From Syntrophomonadaceae bacterium (GTDB taxonomy: Bacteria > Bacillota > Dethiobacteria > DTU022 > UBA8154): 64,000 nt of DNA. A program made the translations under genes and the position numbers. Positions 1-12,313 of the stretch are shown here, in pieces. Within the stretch, counting starts at the first letter, position 1. Every line of letters starts with the position of its first letter. The notes beneath the pieces were generated by a model. The model did no database searches. It had not been told where the DNA came from and was given only the letters and a program-made list of their open reading frames with translations. The DNA lies in NCBI GenBank assembly GCA_003563895.1, contig PWTK01000112.1, positions 158 through 64,157 on the forward strand, given 5' to 3'.

Positions 1-99
1 GGACCCTGGACGAATGCCGGTGCCGGGAAACGCTGCCCGCGGCCCGGGCATCCCCTGCGCCTGAAAGGTCGGGGCTTCCCCAAACCTTCCACCGCTGCC

Positions 100-195
100 C
101 AAGAAAATTCGCTTCGCTCATAACATAACGAAAACAGCTTTTTCCTGCTCCCCCAAAATTACCATTATTTAGAGGTTTTATAAATTCCTATGCAT
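100..195 (+). repeat. Family-B interspersed repeat, copy 1 (about 95-bp unit CAAGAAAATTCGCTTCGCTCATAACATAACGAAAACAGCTTTTTCCTGC...TTTATAAATTCCTATGCAT)
   Basis: Near-identical to 423-519 and to the two tandem units at 60076-60261. Aligned by eye. Confidence 0.85.
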
Positions 196-239
196 AAATC
201 AATTACAGCCAAATCAATCACACCCAAGTCAATTGCCCC

Positions 240-268
240 TTAATTTTTGTTTCCAACTGTGCTATAAT
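240..268 (+). promoter_or_regulatory. Candidate sigma-A promoter with extended -10 (TGCTATAAT)
   Basis: TGCTATAAT at 260-268 and a weak -35 TTAATT 17 nt upstream. It would read through the repeat composite toward the gene at 792. Confidence 0.3.
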
Positions 269-299
269 GAAAGCGTCGCCATCAAGGATTTTCCAAAAA

Positions 300-583
300 G
301 TCTGCTTTGAAATTAGCGCATCACCATTTTCAGGCTTCTGATGGTGAAGCGAAGCTTCATGATGGTCTCATTTTGATTCAAGTGTTGCTGTTCAGCGAAA
401 ACAGCTTTTCTCCTCCCGAATTCAAGAAAAATCGCTTCGCTCATAACATAACGAAAACAGCTTTTTCCTGCTCTCCCAAAATTACCATTATCTTAGAGGT
501 TTTATAAACTCCTATGCATCAAGGAAATGGAGAAAGAAATGAAACAAGAAAAAAAGAGCATTTGAAGCGTTTAACAATACTTG
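300..583 (-). repeat. Composite repeat: family-A element (two halves, 583-520 and 422-366) interrupted by a family-B unit (519-423) and followed by a family-D module (365-300)
   Basis: The reverse complement aligns to the intact A copy at 41816-41932 on both sides of the B unit. CATGAAGCTTCGCTTCACCATCAG is shared with the D copies at 35203, 42068 and 45290. Confidence 0.8.
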
Positions 584-791
584 TAAATTTAGCCTGTAGA
601 AATGACGGGAAAACCAATAAGTCGTCGCTGCGGAAAGCAAGCATGCGGTAGGTTTCAAGGCAGCCATTGAGGCGTATTATTTCAAAAAGCTCATTTTCCA
701 ACCCGCGGCAGCGCAATTAAAACGCAGCGTTATGGCGTGTGCTTGCAAAAGCCGTCTTATTTGAAACCCAGCGGAAATAAGGGGGGAGAAC

Positions 792-1769
792 ATGGGACCC
801 ATCACCCATATGATGGTCGGGGTGGGGGTAGGTGCGCTTTCAGGGCAAACGGTCACACCTTACAACCCCATTTACTGTGCGACAGTGATGGGGGCGCTCA
901 CACCGGACTTGGATATCGTTACCATGCTGAGAAGCAACCTCAATCTTATCCGCCATCACCGCGGGGCCACGCACTCCCTGGGCGGCATCATTGTGCTGGC
1001 AGCGATTATTTCAGGCATTCTCTACGTTGATTTCGGCGGGTCCATCCTGGTTTACTTCTTATGGGCCCTGGCCGGGGCCCTATCCCACATCTTGCTGGAT
1101 TACCTGAACTCATACGGCACACGCCTTCTCTGGCCCTTTTCTTCCTATCCTTTTGCCGGAAACCTGCTCATGTTTAAAGACCCCTGCCTGACGGCCTTTT
1201 TCGTCCCCATCCTCTTTTTCTACCGCTCGCCTTTCTGGCCTGCGGTGGCCGCTTTTGGCCTCGGGCTGATCTATATCCTGCTGCGCTGGAAAATGCGCAC
1301 CCGGGTGGAGGGAATGCTGAAAGAAAAGTACGGCCTCTCTCCCGGCAGGGAGAAGCTGGCCGTCATGCCCGCCCTGAACGGGGCGGGTAGCTGGGATTTC
1401 CTGATCGAAGGGCCGCGGGAGATCATGCTGGGAACGCTCAATTTCTTTGGCGGCAAGATCGAAAATATCCGTTCGCTGGAGAGAAAAATCCACACGCCAT
1501 TGATTAAAAAAGCCCTGCATTCAGTGCCCGGCCGACTTTTCCGGCAGTTCACCTCCTATTATCACATTCACTCCTGGGAGGAGAAGGAAAAATATTTCGT
1601 CAAACTGATGGACCTGCGCTACAAAAATAAATCGGACTTCCTTTACAAGGCCACTCTTGTCTTCGACAAACAGCATTCCCTGGAGGAGGCTTATTTCCAC
1701 CGCCTCAGCGAGGCCGTTGAAGCCATCCCTGTGAAAAACGATGACGGGGGAACTACCTCCGCCACGTAA
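792..1769 (+). CDS. Membrane-bound metal-dependent hydrolase, YdjM/DUF457-like, with C-terminal extension
   Basis: 325-aa ORF. The N-terminus MGPITHMMVGVGVGAL and repeated His/Asp-containing TM helices are typical of the DUF457 family. RBS GGGGGGAG lies upstream. Confidence 0.65.
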   Translation: MGPITHMMVGVGVGALSGQTVTPYNPIYCATVMGALTPDLDIVTMLRSNLNLIRHHRGATHSLGGIIVLAAIISGILYVDFGGSILVYFLWALAGALSHILLDYLNSYGTRLLWPFSSYPFAGNLLMFKDPCLTAFFVPILFFYRSPFWPAVAAFGLGLIYILLRWKMRTRVEGMLKEKYGLSPGREKLAVMPALNGAGSWDFLIEGPREIMLGTLNFFGGKIENIRSLERKIHTPLIKKALHSVPGRLFRQFTSYYHIHSWEEKEKYFVKLMDLRYKNKSDFLYKATLVFDKQHSLEEAYFHRLSEAVEAIPVKNDDGGTTSAT

Positions 1770-1787
1770 CCGAAGTTCTCAAACCCC

Positions 1788-1850
1788 CGGACAAACAGAA
1801 AAGGCCCCGACCTGCGCCGGCGGCCTTTTCTGTTTGTCCCATCTTTTTGG
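1788..1850 (+). terminator. Rho-independent terminator (18-bp perfect stem)
   Basis: GGACAAACAGAAAAGGCC (1788-1805) pairs with GGCCTTTTCTGTTTGTCC (1822-1839), followed by CATCTTTTT. Confidence 0.8.
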
Positions 1851-2005
1851 CGGCCCGCCGCCGGGCGAAAAAGGCTGCAGGGAGTGGGGGGCTCGCGGGG
1901 TGGAGGGTTGACGGCTCCCTTTTTGCCAATTGGCACTTTTGGGGAAACCAGCGGCAATCCTCTCTTCACCACCGTTCCCAGGCAGTCGGCTGCGGTCAAG
2001 GGCTG

Positions 2006-2236
2006 CTATTCCATTTCCTTTTTTCTTTTGATAAGCTTGTAAAGGGAGAGCACAAAAAAAACGATCATCGCCAGGTAAAAGAGGGGAGTCAGCAGCAGGA
2101 TGGGTGCGAGCAGCAGTGCGAGCAGCAGCATCCCCAGCCCTGCAAAGAACAGCAGGTAGTAGCGGAGTTCGCCCATGCGGGGCCAAAAAATGATCACAAG
2201 CAAAATGAGGATGGAAACGATAAGATCCATGCGCAA
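2006..2236 (-). CDS. Small hydrophobic membrane protein, unknown function
   Basis: 76-aa ORF, almost entirely hydrophobic (2-3 TM), with a KRKK tail. It starts 19 nt downstream of the MATE gene on the same strand. Confidence 0.4.
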   Translation of the reverse strand: MRMDLIVSILILLVIIFWPRMGELRYYLLFFAGLGMLLLALLLAPILLLTPLFYLAMIVFFVLSLYKLIKRKKEME

Positions 2237-2254
2237 GATCCACCTGCCGCGGGT

Positions 2255-3691
2255 TTAATTTCGCTGCACCCTCTCCACCAGCACGCCTTTTCCTTTGCGG
2301 CCGGCCATCAGGGAGCGAATGGAGTGATGAATCCAGGTGGCGCTGATCACGCCGTAAACCACGTTGGCCGCCAAAACGGCCGTCCAGGCGCCCAGCGGCC
2401 CTATTTCCAGCACGACGGCGATCACATAGGCCCAGGTTAACTGGACGCCAATAAACCGAACCAGGACGTTCACCAGCGCCGGCTTGCCGTTGCCCATGCC
2501 CTGAAACGCCGCATTGGCCAGCATCCCCACCGCTAAAAAGGCATAACCGATGGCTGTTATGCGCAGGTATTGAACGCCGAATTCCAACACTTGGGGATCG
2601 CTGGTGAAAGCCCTCATCAAGTAAGGAGCCATGAGGATGACCCCCAGCCCGAAGGCCCCCATGGTGAGAAAAATAAAATTGCGGCCCTGGAAAATAATCT
2701 CTTTTACCCGGTCCAGCTTAAAGGCCCCATAGTTTTGCCCCACCATGACCACGGTCCCCGCGGAAAGCCCGACAAGAGGCAGAATGACCAGGGCTTCCAG
2801 CCGGAAGCCCACCCCGAAGGCGGCAACCAGGGCTTCCCCCTGCGGCATCAGCATGAGAATGCGGTTAAACAGGAAAAGCGAGATGGACAGAAACCCCTGG
2901 GTGAGAGAAGCCGGAAAACCGACGGCGATGGTGTCGCGCACGTAACGGAACTGGAAAGAAAAACGACGAAAATCCAGGGTAAAGATCCCTTTTCCACGCC
3001 GATAATAATCGAGGGCGTACAGGCACCCGATCAACCAGGCCAGGGCCGTCGCCAGCGCCGCTCCCTGGATCTCCAGGCGGGGGAAAAACCACGGGCCGAA
3101 GATGAAAAGGGGGTCCAGCACGATGTTGCTGATGCTGGAGATCAGCAGCATGCGCATGGAAATGCGGGTAAACCCTTCACCGCGCAGCGTGCCTTCCAGG
3201 ACATGCAGGAGGTACTTGGCCGTGGAAGCCAAAAGCAGAATGCTCACGTAGGCCTTGGCCATTTCTGCAACCGCGCCGGAGGCGCCCATGAAATTGATGA
3301 CGGCAGGAGCCGCTGCGTAGCCGACCACCGTGATCAATAGCCCCAGGCCCAGCGCCATCACCACCCCGTGCTTGGCCGACGCCGCGGCAAAATCTCTCTC
3401 CCCGGACCCGATGCAGCGCGCCACCAGGGAGCTCACGCCAATGGTCAGCCCGGCCCCCAAAGCGATCAGCAAGATGAAGATGGGAAAGGTAAACCCCATC
3501 GCCGACAGCGCTTCACTCCCCAGGCGCGAGACGAAAAAGGTATCCACCACGTTGAACACGGTGAGGGAAAACATGGCGATCAGGATGGGATAAGAAACTT
3601 TCAGCAGCGCTGGCAGAATGGGCGCATTAAGCAGGTCAACCTCGGGCTGTTTCTCCGTCCTCCGGGAATCTTTTCTTTGGGCTCCGGACAT
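2255..3691 (-). CDS. MATE family efflux transporter
   Basis: 478-aa ORF with a 12-TM profile. N-terminal LLKVSYPILIAMFSLTVFNVVDTFFVSRLG is the typical MatE repeat signature. Confidence 0.85.
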   Translation of the reverse strand: MSGAQRKDSRRTEKQPEVDLLNAPILPALLKVSYPILIAMFSLTVFNVVDTFFVSRLGSEALSAMGFTFPIFILLIALGAGLTIGVSSLVARCIGSGERDFAAASAKHGVVMALGLGLLITVVGYAAAPAVINFMGASGAVAEMAKAYVSILLLASTAKYLLHVLEGTLRGEGFTRISMRMLLISSISNIVLDPLFIFGPWFFPRLEIQGAALATALAWLIGCLYALDYYRRGKGIFTLDFRRFSFQFRYVRDTIAVGFPASLTQGFLSISLFLFNRILMLMPQGEALVAAFGVGFRLEALVILPLVGLSAGTVVMVGQNYGAFKLDRVKEIIFQGRNFIFLTMGAFGLGVILMAPYLMRAFTSDPQVLEFGVQYLRITAIGYAFLAVGMLANAAFQGMGNGKPALVNVLVRFIGVQLTWAYVIAVVLEIGPLGAWTAVLAANVVYGVISATWIHHSIRSLMAGRKGKGVLVERVQRN

Positions 3692-3939
3692 GAAAATTAT
3701 TCCCCCCGATACTGGACAGCCGCCACTCTTACCATTATCCCACCCCCATCCCCTCCTGTCAACGCGGAAGAAAAGCCTTCTTCCCTTGACAAAGGAGGGC
3801 CGGGAAATATATTATTAACAGGTAAAATAATTGCATCGGTGAAATTTTTGCCCTGCTGATCATTGCTTCGCAAAAAACGCATCATACAAAGGAGGGACTT
3901 CCTTCGGGCTTTTTTTCAGGAAAAAGGCTCGACAATAAC

Positions 3940-6201
3940 ATGGAGAACAGGACAAACGCCTTAGACCTTCGCCCGATCCTGCAGCCAGAAAGCATCGCCA
4001 TCCTGGGAGCGACGCCGGATGCAAGAAAGCCAAACGGAATTCCGCTTTTCATGCTCCGCCAGTATGGCTATGCGGGAGAAATCTTTCCGGTCAACCCGAA
4101 TTACGGCGAGATCGATGGACTTCCCTGCTATCCCAGCATCTTCGAAGTGCCTTCTGAAAGCATCGATCTGGCTATCATCGGCGTGGCGGCCGCCAGCACG
4201 CTGGAAGTCCTTCAGCAGTGCGCCGCGAAAGGGGTCAGGGGGGCGATAGTCTTTACCTCCGGTTTCGCCGAAGCCGGGGAGACGGGGAGCGGCCTGCAGG
4301 AAGAGATCTTTCGGCTCTCCAGGGAAAGCGGGATGCGCATCCTCGGGCCCAACTGCGTCGGTATCATCAACCGCTCGCATAAGCTGTGGGCCTCTTTTGC
4401 CATGCCTCTCCTTTACCACCACCGCTACTATGAGCAAGCTTTTCACCTTATTTCTCAAAGCGGCTTTTTCGGCCAGACGATGTTCCAGATGGCCGCACGC
4501 GAAGGCCTTCTCTTCGACCAGTTTATCAGCGTGGGAAACGAAGCCGACCTCGCCCTGCCCCACTTTCTGGACCACATGGCCGGTTCTCGCCCCGGCCAGG
4601 CGAATATTATCGCCTGTTACATCGAGGGGCTCAAGGAGAAGGACGGTGCCCTCTTTAAAATAAGCGCCGAAAAAGCGCTGGAAAACGATAAGGTTGTGGC
4701 CGCCATCAAAGTCGGCCAGACCGAAGCAGCCGCTCGGGCGGCTTCCTCGCACACGGCCGCCCTGACCGGGTCCGATGAAGTGTACGACGCCTTTTTCCGC
4801 CAGAAGGGCATCATCCGCATGCCCGGGACAGAACAGATAATCCCCCTGTTAATCATCGCCGCTGCCGACAGGTTTCCTCCAGGCAAGAACACGGCCGTCA
4901 TCTCCGACTCGGGGGGCGGTGCCGTGCTCCTGGCCGAAAAATGCCAGCTCTACGGCCTGGAGCTGGCGTCCTTTCAAGAAGAAACCACCGAGAAACTGCA
5001 GGCCCTTCTGCCTTACTTTGCCGCCGCGAACAACCCGGTCGACCTGACGGCCCAGATCTTGACCCAGCCGGAGATCCTCTATCAAAGCCTGGAACTGGTG
5101 GAACGCGATCCCAATGTTGATCAATTGGTGCTGAATTTTGGCATAAACCCCGCTGGGAGCGGGGATGAAATGGTGCGGAGCATCGCCCAGATATATGCAG
5201 GGAGCGACAAGCCCATGATCGCCATCTGCTGGCCCTTTGGAGACGAAGCGTCTATCATACCGCTGCTCGAATCCCTGCGGAAATCCGGCCTCCCGGTTTT
5301 CCATGAAATGGACGACTGCATCTGGGCCCTGGGCGCGCTCAACCGGCGGCAGGAAAGGATCAGGCATTACCAAAAGCCGCCCTTTTGGAAACCGGGCGCG
5401 GAACAAAAGCGGGCGAGGGAGTTGCTGCAGGAGTATCGCCGGAGCCTTTTGCCGGAACACCTCAACGCCCCGGCAGAAGTCAAAGCCGGCACCCAACTAC
5501 AGGCTCAGGGGGAGAAATCCTTTTCCGTCAGCGAATACCAGCTGAAAAAGATGCTTTCAGCGTACGGCATCCCAACGGCGCCGGAGCGGCTTGTCCACAA
5601 CAGTGAAAAGGCCCTGCAGGCAGCTGAAGCGCTGGGTTACCCGGTGGCACTGAAAGTTGTTTCACCGGCGGTCGCGCATAAAACGGAGATCGGTGGGCTG
5701 AAGCTGAACCTGGACAGCGAGGCTGCCGTAACAAGCGCATTTGACGAGCTTGCCTCCAGGCTGGAGCTTTCCGCATCGGGTTCCCCCGCCGAGGGCATCC
5801 TGGTCCAGAAAATGCTTTCCGGCGCCGTTGAAGTCATCGTCGGCGTAAAAAAAGACCCCGTCTTTGGGCCTGTCATTCTCTGCGGCCTGGGGGGGATCTT
5901 TGTGGAAGTCCTCGAAGACATTTCCCTGCGGGTGGTTCCCATCTCCCGCCAGGACGCCGGGGAAATGCTGCAGGAGCTGCGTTCATTTGAAATTCTCCGC
6001 GGTGTCCGGGGGAAAGAGCCGGCCGACATAGAAGCGCTGATTGACGTCCTGTTGAACGTCTCCCGCCTGGCGCAGGAAGTCGAGGGCCTGGAAGAGCTGG
6101 ACATCAACCCGTTAATGGTTTACCCCGAGGGTCGCGGGGCGACAGCGGTAGATGCCTGGGGCATTTGGAGCTCCGCCCCCGACGAAAGCGGCACACCGTG
6201 A
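3940..6201 (+). CDS. ADP-forming acyl-CoA (acetyl-CoA) synthetase, fused alpha/beta type
   Basis: 753-aa ORF. N-terminal CoA-binding domain (SIAILGATPD...GYAGEIFPVNP), succinyl-CoA-synthetase-like ligase domain and C-terminal ATP-grasp (YGIPTAP...GYPVALKVVSP). Confidence 0.8.
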   Translation: MENRTNALDLRPILQPESIAILGATPDARKPNGIPLFMLRQYGYAGEIFPVNPNYGEIDGLPCYPSIFEVPSESIDLAIIGVAAASTLEVLQQCAAKGVRGAIVFTSGFAEAGETGSGLQEEIFRLSRESGMRILGPNCVGIINRSHKLWASFAMPLLYHHRYYEQAFHLISQSGFFGQTMFQMAAREGLLFDQFISVGNEADLALPHFLDHMAGSRPGQANIIACYIEGLKEKDGALFKISAEKALENDKVVAAIKVGQTEAAARAASSHTAALTGSDEVYDAFFRQKGIIRMPGTEQIIPLLIIAAADRFPPGKNTAVISDSGGGAVLLAEKCQLYGLELASFQEETTEKLQALLPYFAAANNPVDLTAQILTQPEILYQSLELVERDPNVDQLVLNFGINPAGSGDEMVRSIAQIYAGSDKPMIAICWPFGDEASIIPLLESLRKSGLPVFHEMDDCIWALGALNRRQERIRHYQKPPFWKPGAEQKRARELLQEYRRSLLPEHLNAPAEVKAGTQLQAQGEKSFSVSEYQLKKMLSAYGIPTAPERLVHNSEKALQAAEALGYPVALKVVSPAVAHKTEIGGLKLNLDSEAAVTSAFDELASRLELSASGSPAEGILVQKMLSGAVEVIVGVKKDPVFGPVILCGLGGIFVEVLEDISLRVVPISRQDAGEMLQELRSFEILRGVRGKEPADIEALIDVLLNVSRLAQEVEGLEELDINPLMVYPEGRGATAVDAWGIWSSAPDESGTP

Positions 6202-6299
6202 TAAAGGTCCGATTGGGGTATCCGCTTAACCGGAGTTGTGATATACGATTGGCATGGATTACCCCCCCTGATGGCGCACACGACCCGAGGCCCGCAGGT

Positions 6300-6540
6300 G
6301 GGTTTCAGGCTTGGTTCACAGACCGATGCAGACCGCCTGGATTATCTGGACCGGCTGCGATGGACCAGGGGCTTCGTCTGCCAAACCTGCAGCCATAATG
6401 GGAGTTTGGGGCTGGGATATTACCACTCAGTCCGGTTGAGTGGATTCCCCAAAGGTGCGAAATACTCCTGCACGACAAGGCTGTTCAAATCGATGGAGTG
6501 CAGGCAGGGGGTTCTTTTCATCCGGGAGAGCCGGGAGCGC
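6300..6540 (+). pseudogene. Remnant of an IS1595-family transposase (N-terminal zinc-ribbon only)
   Basis: The ORF fragment reads DRLDYLDRLRWTRGFVCQTCSHNG...YSC, matching the C..YL..LRWP.GF.CP.CG pattern of the IS1595 transposase zinc-ribbon domain. No DDE domain follows. Confidence 0.4.
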
Positions 6541-6630
6541 CTATCTTCTCCCGGCCTCCCAAAAGCGGGTCCATTTTCACACGAGACGATGCAGCTATGA
6601 GCCTGCAGGCCTCGCCTGAGGAGCTGAGGC

Positions 6631-7287
6631 TCAGCGCCCGCAGGGGCACTTGGAGCCGAAAAGGCGATCGAAAAAACCCTGTTTTTTGTAATTTGCCAGC
6701 TCCTCCGGAGCCCTTTCGCGGATGAGCTCATAGCAGCGGTTGCAGAGGGATTCTCCCACCGCTTCGATCAATTCTTCCGGAAGGCCCTTGGCTTTGAGCT
6801 TTTTCTTCCGGGAGGGTACTGCAATCTCGGCTTCATTTACCGCATCATCCGCGGCAACCACCAGGCCCAGTTCACCTTTGAACGAAGGGGAATCCACCGT
6901 GGTAAAACTCAACCCTTTTTCCCTGGCTTCCCGGATATATTCCGAGGCCGCTGTCAGCTCAACCGCCCGGCTGACCACCAACTTCGATGCCCGGGGGTGG
7001 GACATGGCTTCCAAAATTTCTGGATAGGTACCGTTTCCTTCTACCTGCTCCACCGTTAAGGCCCGGATGAGCCTCTCCCGGAACTCTCCCAGGTGGTGCT
7101 GTCTCTCTTTCCGGCGCAGTTGAAAAGGGCCCCGCGCCCCTGCCTGCAGGGTCTTTTCCAGCTTGCTTTTACCGGACCATTTTTGCAGGGCTTCTCTTTC
7201 CACTGCTTCCCCTTCACCTGCGCCCGCCGTATTATTTTTGCTTCCACCCGCCAACCTTTCCGAGTTGTTCTTTCCCTTTTTCGGCAT
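6631..7287 (-). CDS. YueI/DUF1694-like protein with Lys/Gly-rich N-terminus and Cys-rich C-terminus
   Basis: 218-aa ORF. HLGEFRERLIRALTVEQV resembles the LGTFRERV..ALT motif I recall for YueI. C-terminal C-x2-C ... C-x-C. Confidence 0.4.
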   Translation of the reverse strand: MPKKGKNNSERLAGGSKNNTAGAGEGEAVEREALQKWSGKSKLEKTLQAGARGPFQLRRKERQHHLGEFRERLIRALTVEQVEGNGTYPEILEAMSHPRASKLVVSRAVELTAASEYIREAREKGLSFTTVDSPSFKGELGLVVAADDAVNEAEIAVPSRKKKLKAKGLPEELIEAVGESLCNRCYELIRERAPEELANYKKQGFFDRLFGSKCPCGR

Positions 7288-7342
7288 TTTGTTCTCGATC
7301 CGCCCTTTGTCTTTTCGCTTTGAATTTTTTTCGGCTCTAAAA

Positions 7343-7375
7343 CACCCGCGGACAGGATTTTATCCCTGTCCGCCT
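7343..7375 (-). terminator. Hairpin plus U-tract (terminator or attenuator) 55 nt upstream of the 6631-7287 gene and 410 nt downstream of atpC
   Basis: Minus strand reads GCGGACAGGGAT-AAA-ATCCTGTCCGC followed by GGGUGUUUUAGAG. Confidence 0.55.
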
Positions 7376-7782
7376 GCAGGTGGAAATCTCTTCCGGCCGC
7401 TGCCGGGTTATTAACCCTGGTTTTCCCTGAAACCGCATGCCGGAAAGGGTTGCCCGCCCTAATTCGCGGGGTGGGCTGGTTCTTCAGCGAAAGATTAAAC
7501 GAATTCTGAACCGTCGCCGGCCATGGAGGCAATTCCATCGTCTCCCTTTTTAAAAACATGGATACACATCCTGCGGGGGACTGCCCCCTTGCCTTCGCCT
7601 CGCTGCGGTGACGCTCGAACTAGCTCCATGGTGGTGCCAAGTGTATTTTCCGCTGTAAACCTGGAAAGGTTTTTGCTGAAAATGCTTCGCCCCCGACGTT
7701 ATGCCGCAATAAGGATGGCCCACGGAACCAGTCAACCTGCCGGCCATGGCAATGCAGGCTCTTTTCCGGTCCGAAGCGGTTG

Positions 7783-8202
7783 TCAACTCTTCCACTTTTC
7801 CGCCGCCTGGATCCGTGCCAGGGCCCTGAGCAGGGCGCTGTTGGCCCGCAGCACGTCGATGCCGGGGTCTTCCTCTCTCCTGGAAAGGCGGTCTTCGGCC
7901 CTTTTTTTGGCCTCGTAAGCCCGCTCAACATCGATCTCTTCCGGCAGTTCGGCCGAATCGGTGAGCACGGTTACCTGGTCGGGCTTGATCTCGGCGAAGC
8001 CTCCTCCGCTCACGGCTATGGGGTAAAAGATATCGCCTTTTCTCACCCGCAGGACGCTCACTTTGAGGGGAGTCACCAAGGGCGTGTGTTCATATAAAAT
8101 GCCCAGCTCACCTTCAACGCCGTGCGCGATCACCATCCTCACGCTGTCGTCATAAACCACGCGCTCCGGGGTAACAATGCGCAGCTGTATCTCCTTGCTC
8201 AT
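7783..8202 (-). CDS. atpC: F1 ATP synthase epsilon subunit
   Basis: 139 aa, LRIVTPERVVYD... Last gene of the atp operon, directly after atpD. Confidence 0.95.
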   Translation of the reverse strand: MSKEIQLRIVTPERVVYDDSVRMVIAHGVEGELGILYEHTPLVTPLKVSVLRVRKGDIFYPIAVSGGGFAEIKPDQVTVLTDSAELPEEIDVERAYEAKKRAEDRLSRREEDPGIDVLRANSALLRALARIQAAEKWKS

Positions 8203-8233
8203 ACTCTTTTCCCCCGTCTCTTCTCCGGGCTCC

Positions 8234-9691
<1,458 letters not shown>

Positions 9692-10627
9692 TTACGATCT
9701 GCCCAGCGCTTCTGACGTGTTGACGATTTCCAGGATCTCCTGGGTGATGGCCGCCTGGCGGGCCTTGTTATACTTCAGGGTCAGTTCGTGGATCATGTCC
9801 TTGGCGTTGTCGCTGGCCATTCTCATGGCGGTCATGCGGGCGCCGAACTCCGAGGCTTTGGCCTCCAGCAGGGAGGTAAAAATGAGGCTGTAGAGAAAGC
9901 GGGGCAGGAAAGCATCAAGTACGGCGGCCGGTTCCGGCTCAAACCTGTAAAGGTAATCTTCTTCCCGCTCCGCACCTTCCGTCGTTTCTTTTTCTTCTTT
10001 TTTGGCTTGTCGCTCTTCCTCGTCCCGGGCAGCTGCCTCTTCCCGGAAAATGCCACTGCTCATGGGCAGAAGCGGTTGGCATGTCGGCCGCTGGATCATG
10101 GGATTGACGTATTCGTTGTATACGGCATAGATTTCGCCGGCCGTGCCGTCCAGGAAAAGCTGCTGCAGGTACGCGCCCATCTCCTGGGCGCGAATAAAGG
10201 CCGGGCGATCTTCGATGTCCAGGTATTCCCCGATGATGTTGTAGTCGCGCCGGCGAAAATGTTCCCGGGCCTTGCGGCCGACCGCCACGATCTGCACCTC
10301 TTCCCGGGGCAGGCCTTTCGTTTCCTGCATGGTGAGGCGCAAAACGTTGGTGTTGTAGCTCCCGCACAGCCCCCGGTCGGAGGTGAAGACCACGTAACAT
10401 TTCTTCACCGATTCGGGGGGTTCCATGAGCGGATGCCCGATGTTTCCGGAATAGAGCAGCACGCGACCGATGGCTTCTTTGATGCTGCCGGCATAGGGGC
10501 GAGCGGCGGAGGCCCGCTCTTCCGCCCGGCGCAGCTTGGCCGCCGCGACCATCTCCATGGCCCGGGTGATCTTCTGGGTGCTCTGTACGCTGCGGATGCG
10601 CCTTTTAATTTCCCGCATTCCTCTCAA
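9692..10627 (-). CDS. atpG: F1 ATP synthase gamma subunit (with acidic insertion)
   Basis: 311 aa. N-terminus MREIKRRIRSVQSTQKITRAMEMVAAAKLRRA and C-terminus ITQEILEIV. Extra charged stretch at about residues 193-224. Confidence 0.95.
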   Translation of the reverse strand: MRGMREIKRRIRSVQSTQKITRAMEMVAAAKLRRAEERASAARPYAGSIKEAIGRVLLYSGNIGHPLMEPPESVKKCYVVFTSDRGLCGSYNTNVLRLTMQETKGLPREEVQIVAVGRKAREHFRRRDYNIIGEYLDIEDRPAFIRAQEMGAYLQQLFLDGTAGEIYAVYNEYVNPMIQRPTCQPLLPMSSGIFREEAAARDEEERQAKKEEKETTEGAEREEDYLYRFEPEPAAVLDAFLPRFLYSLIFTSLLEAKASEFGARMTAMRMASDNAKDMIHELTLKYNKARQAAITQEILEIVNTSEALGRS

Positions 10628-10670
10628 TCTTCATCCCACCACCTTTACGAAAAAACCCGCTGCTCCGGCA

Positions 10671-12227
<1,557 letters not shown>

Positions 12228-12313
12228 TCACCCACTTTTCATCGTGTTCTTCGCCCGGACAAGACCGGACCCCTTTCCTTTCGGGGAGAAGTGAGCCTTG
12301 TCGAAAACCGGGC

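Noticed and set aside
7448-7467. T-box-like string on the minus strand (GCGAAUUAGGGCGGGCAACCC), suggesting a T-box leader for the 6631-7287 gene.
   Set aside because: Only AAUUAGGG matches the T-box consensus (AANNNGGGUGGNACCGCG). I found no specifier loop, AG-bulge or antiterminator pairing with the 7343-7375 hairpin, and the downstream gene is not amino-acid related.
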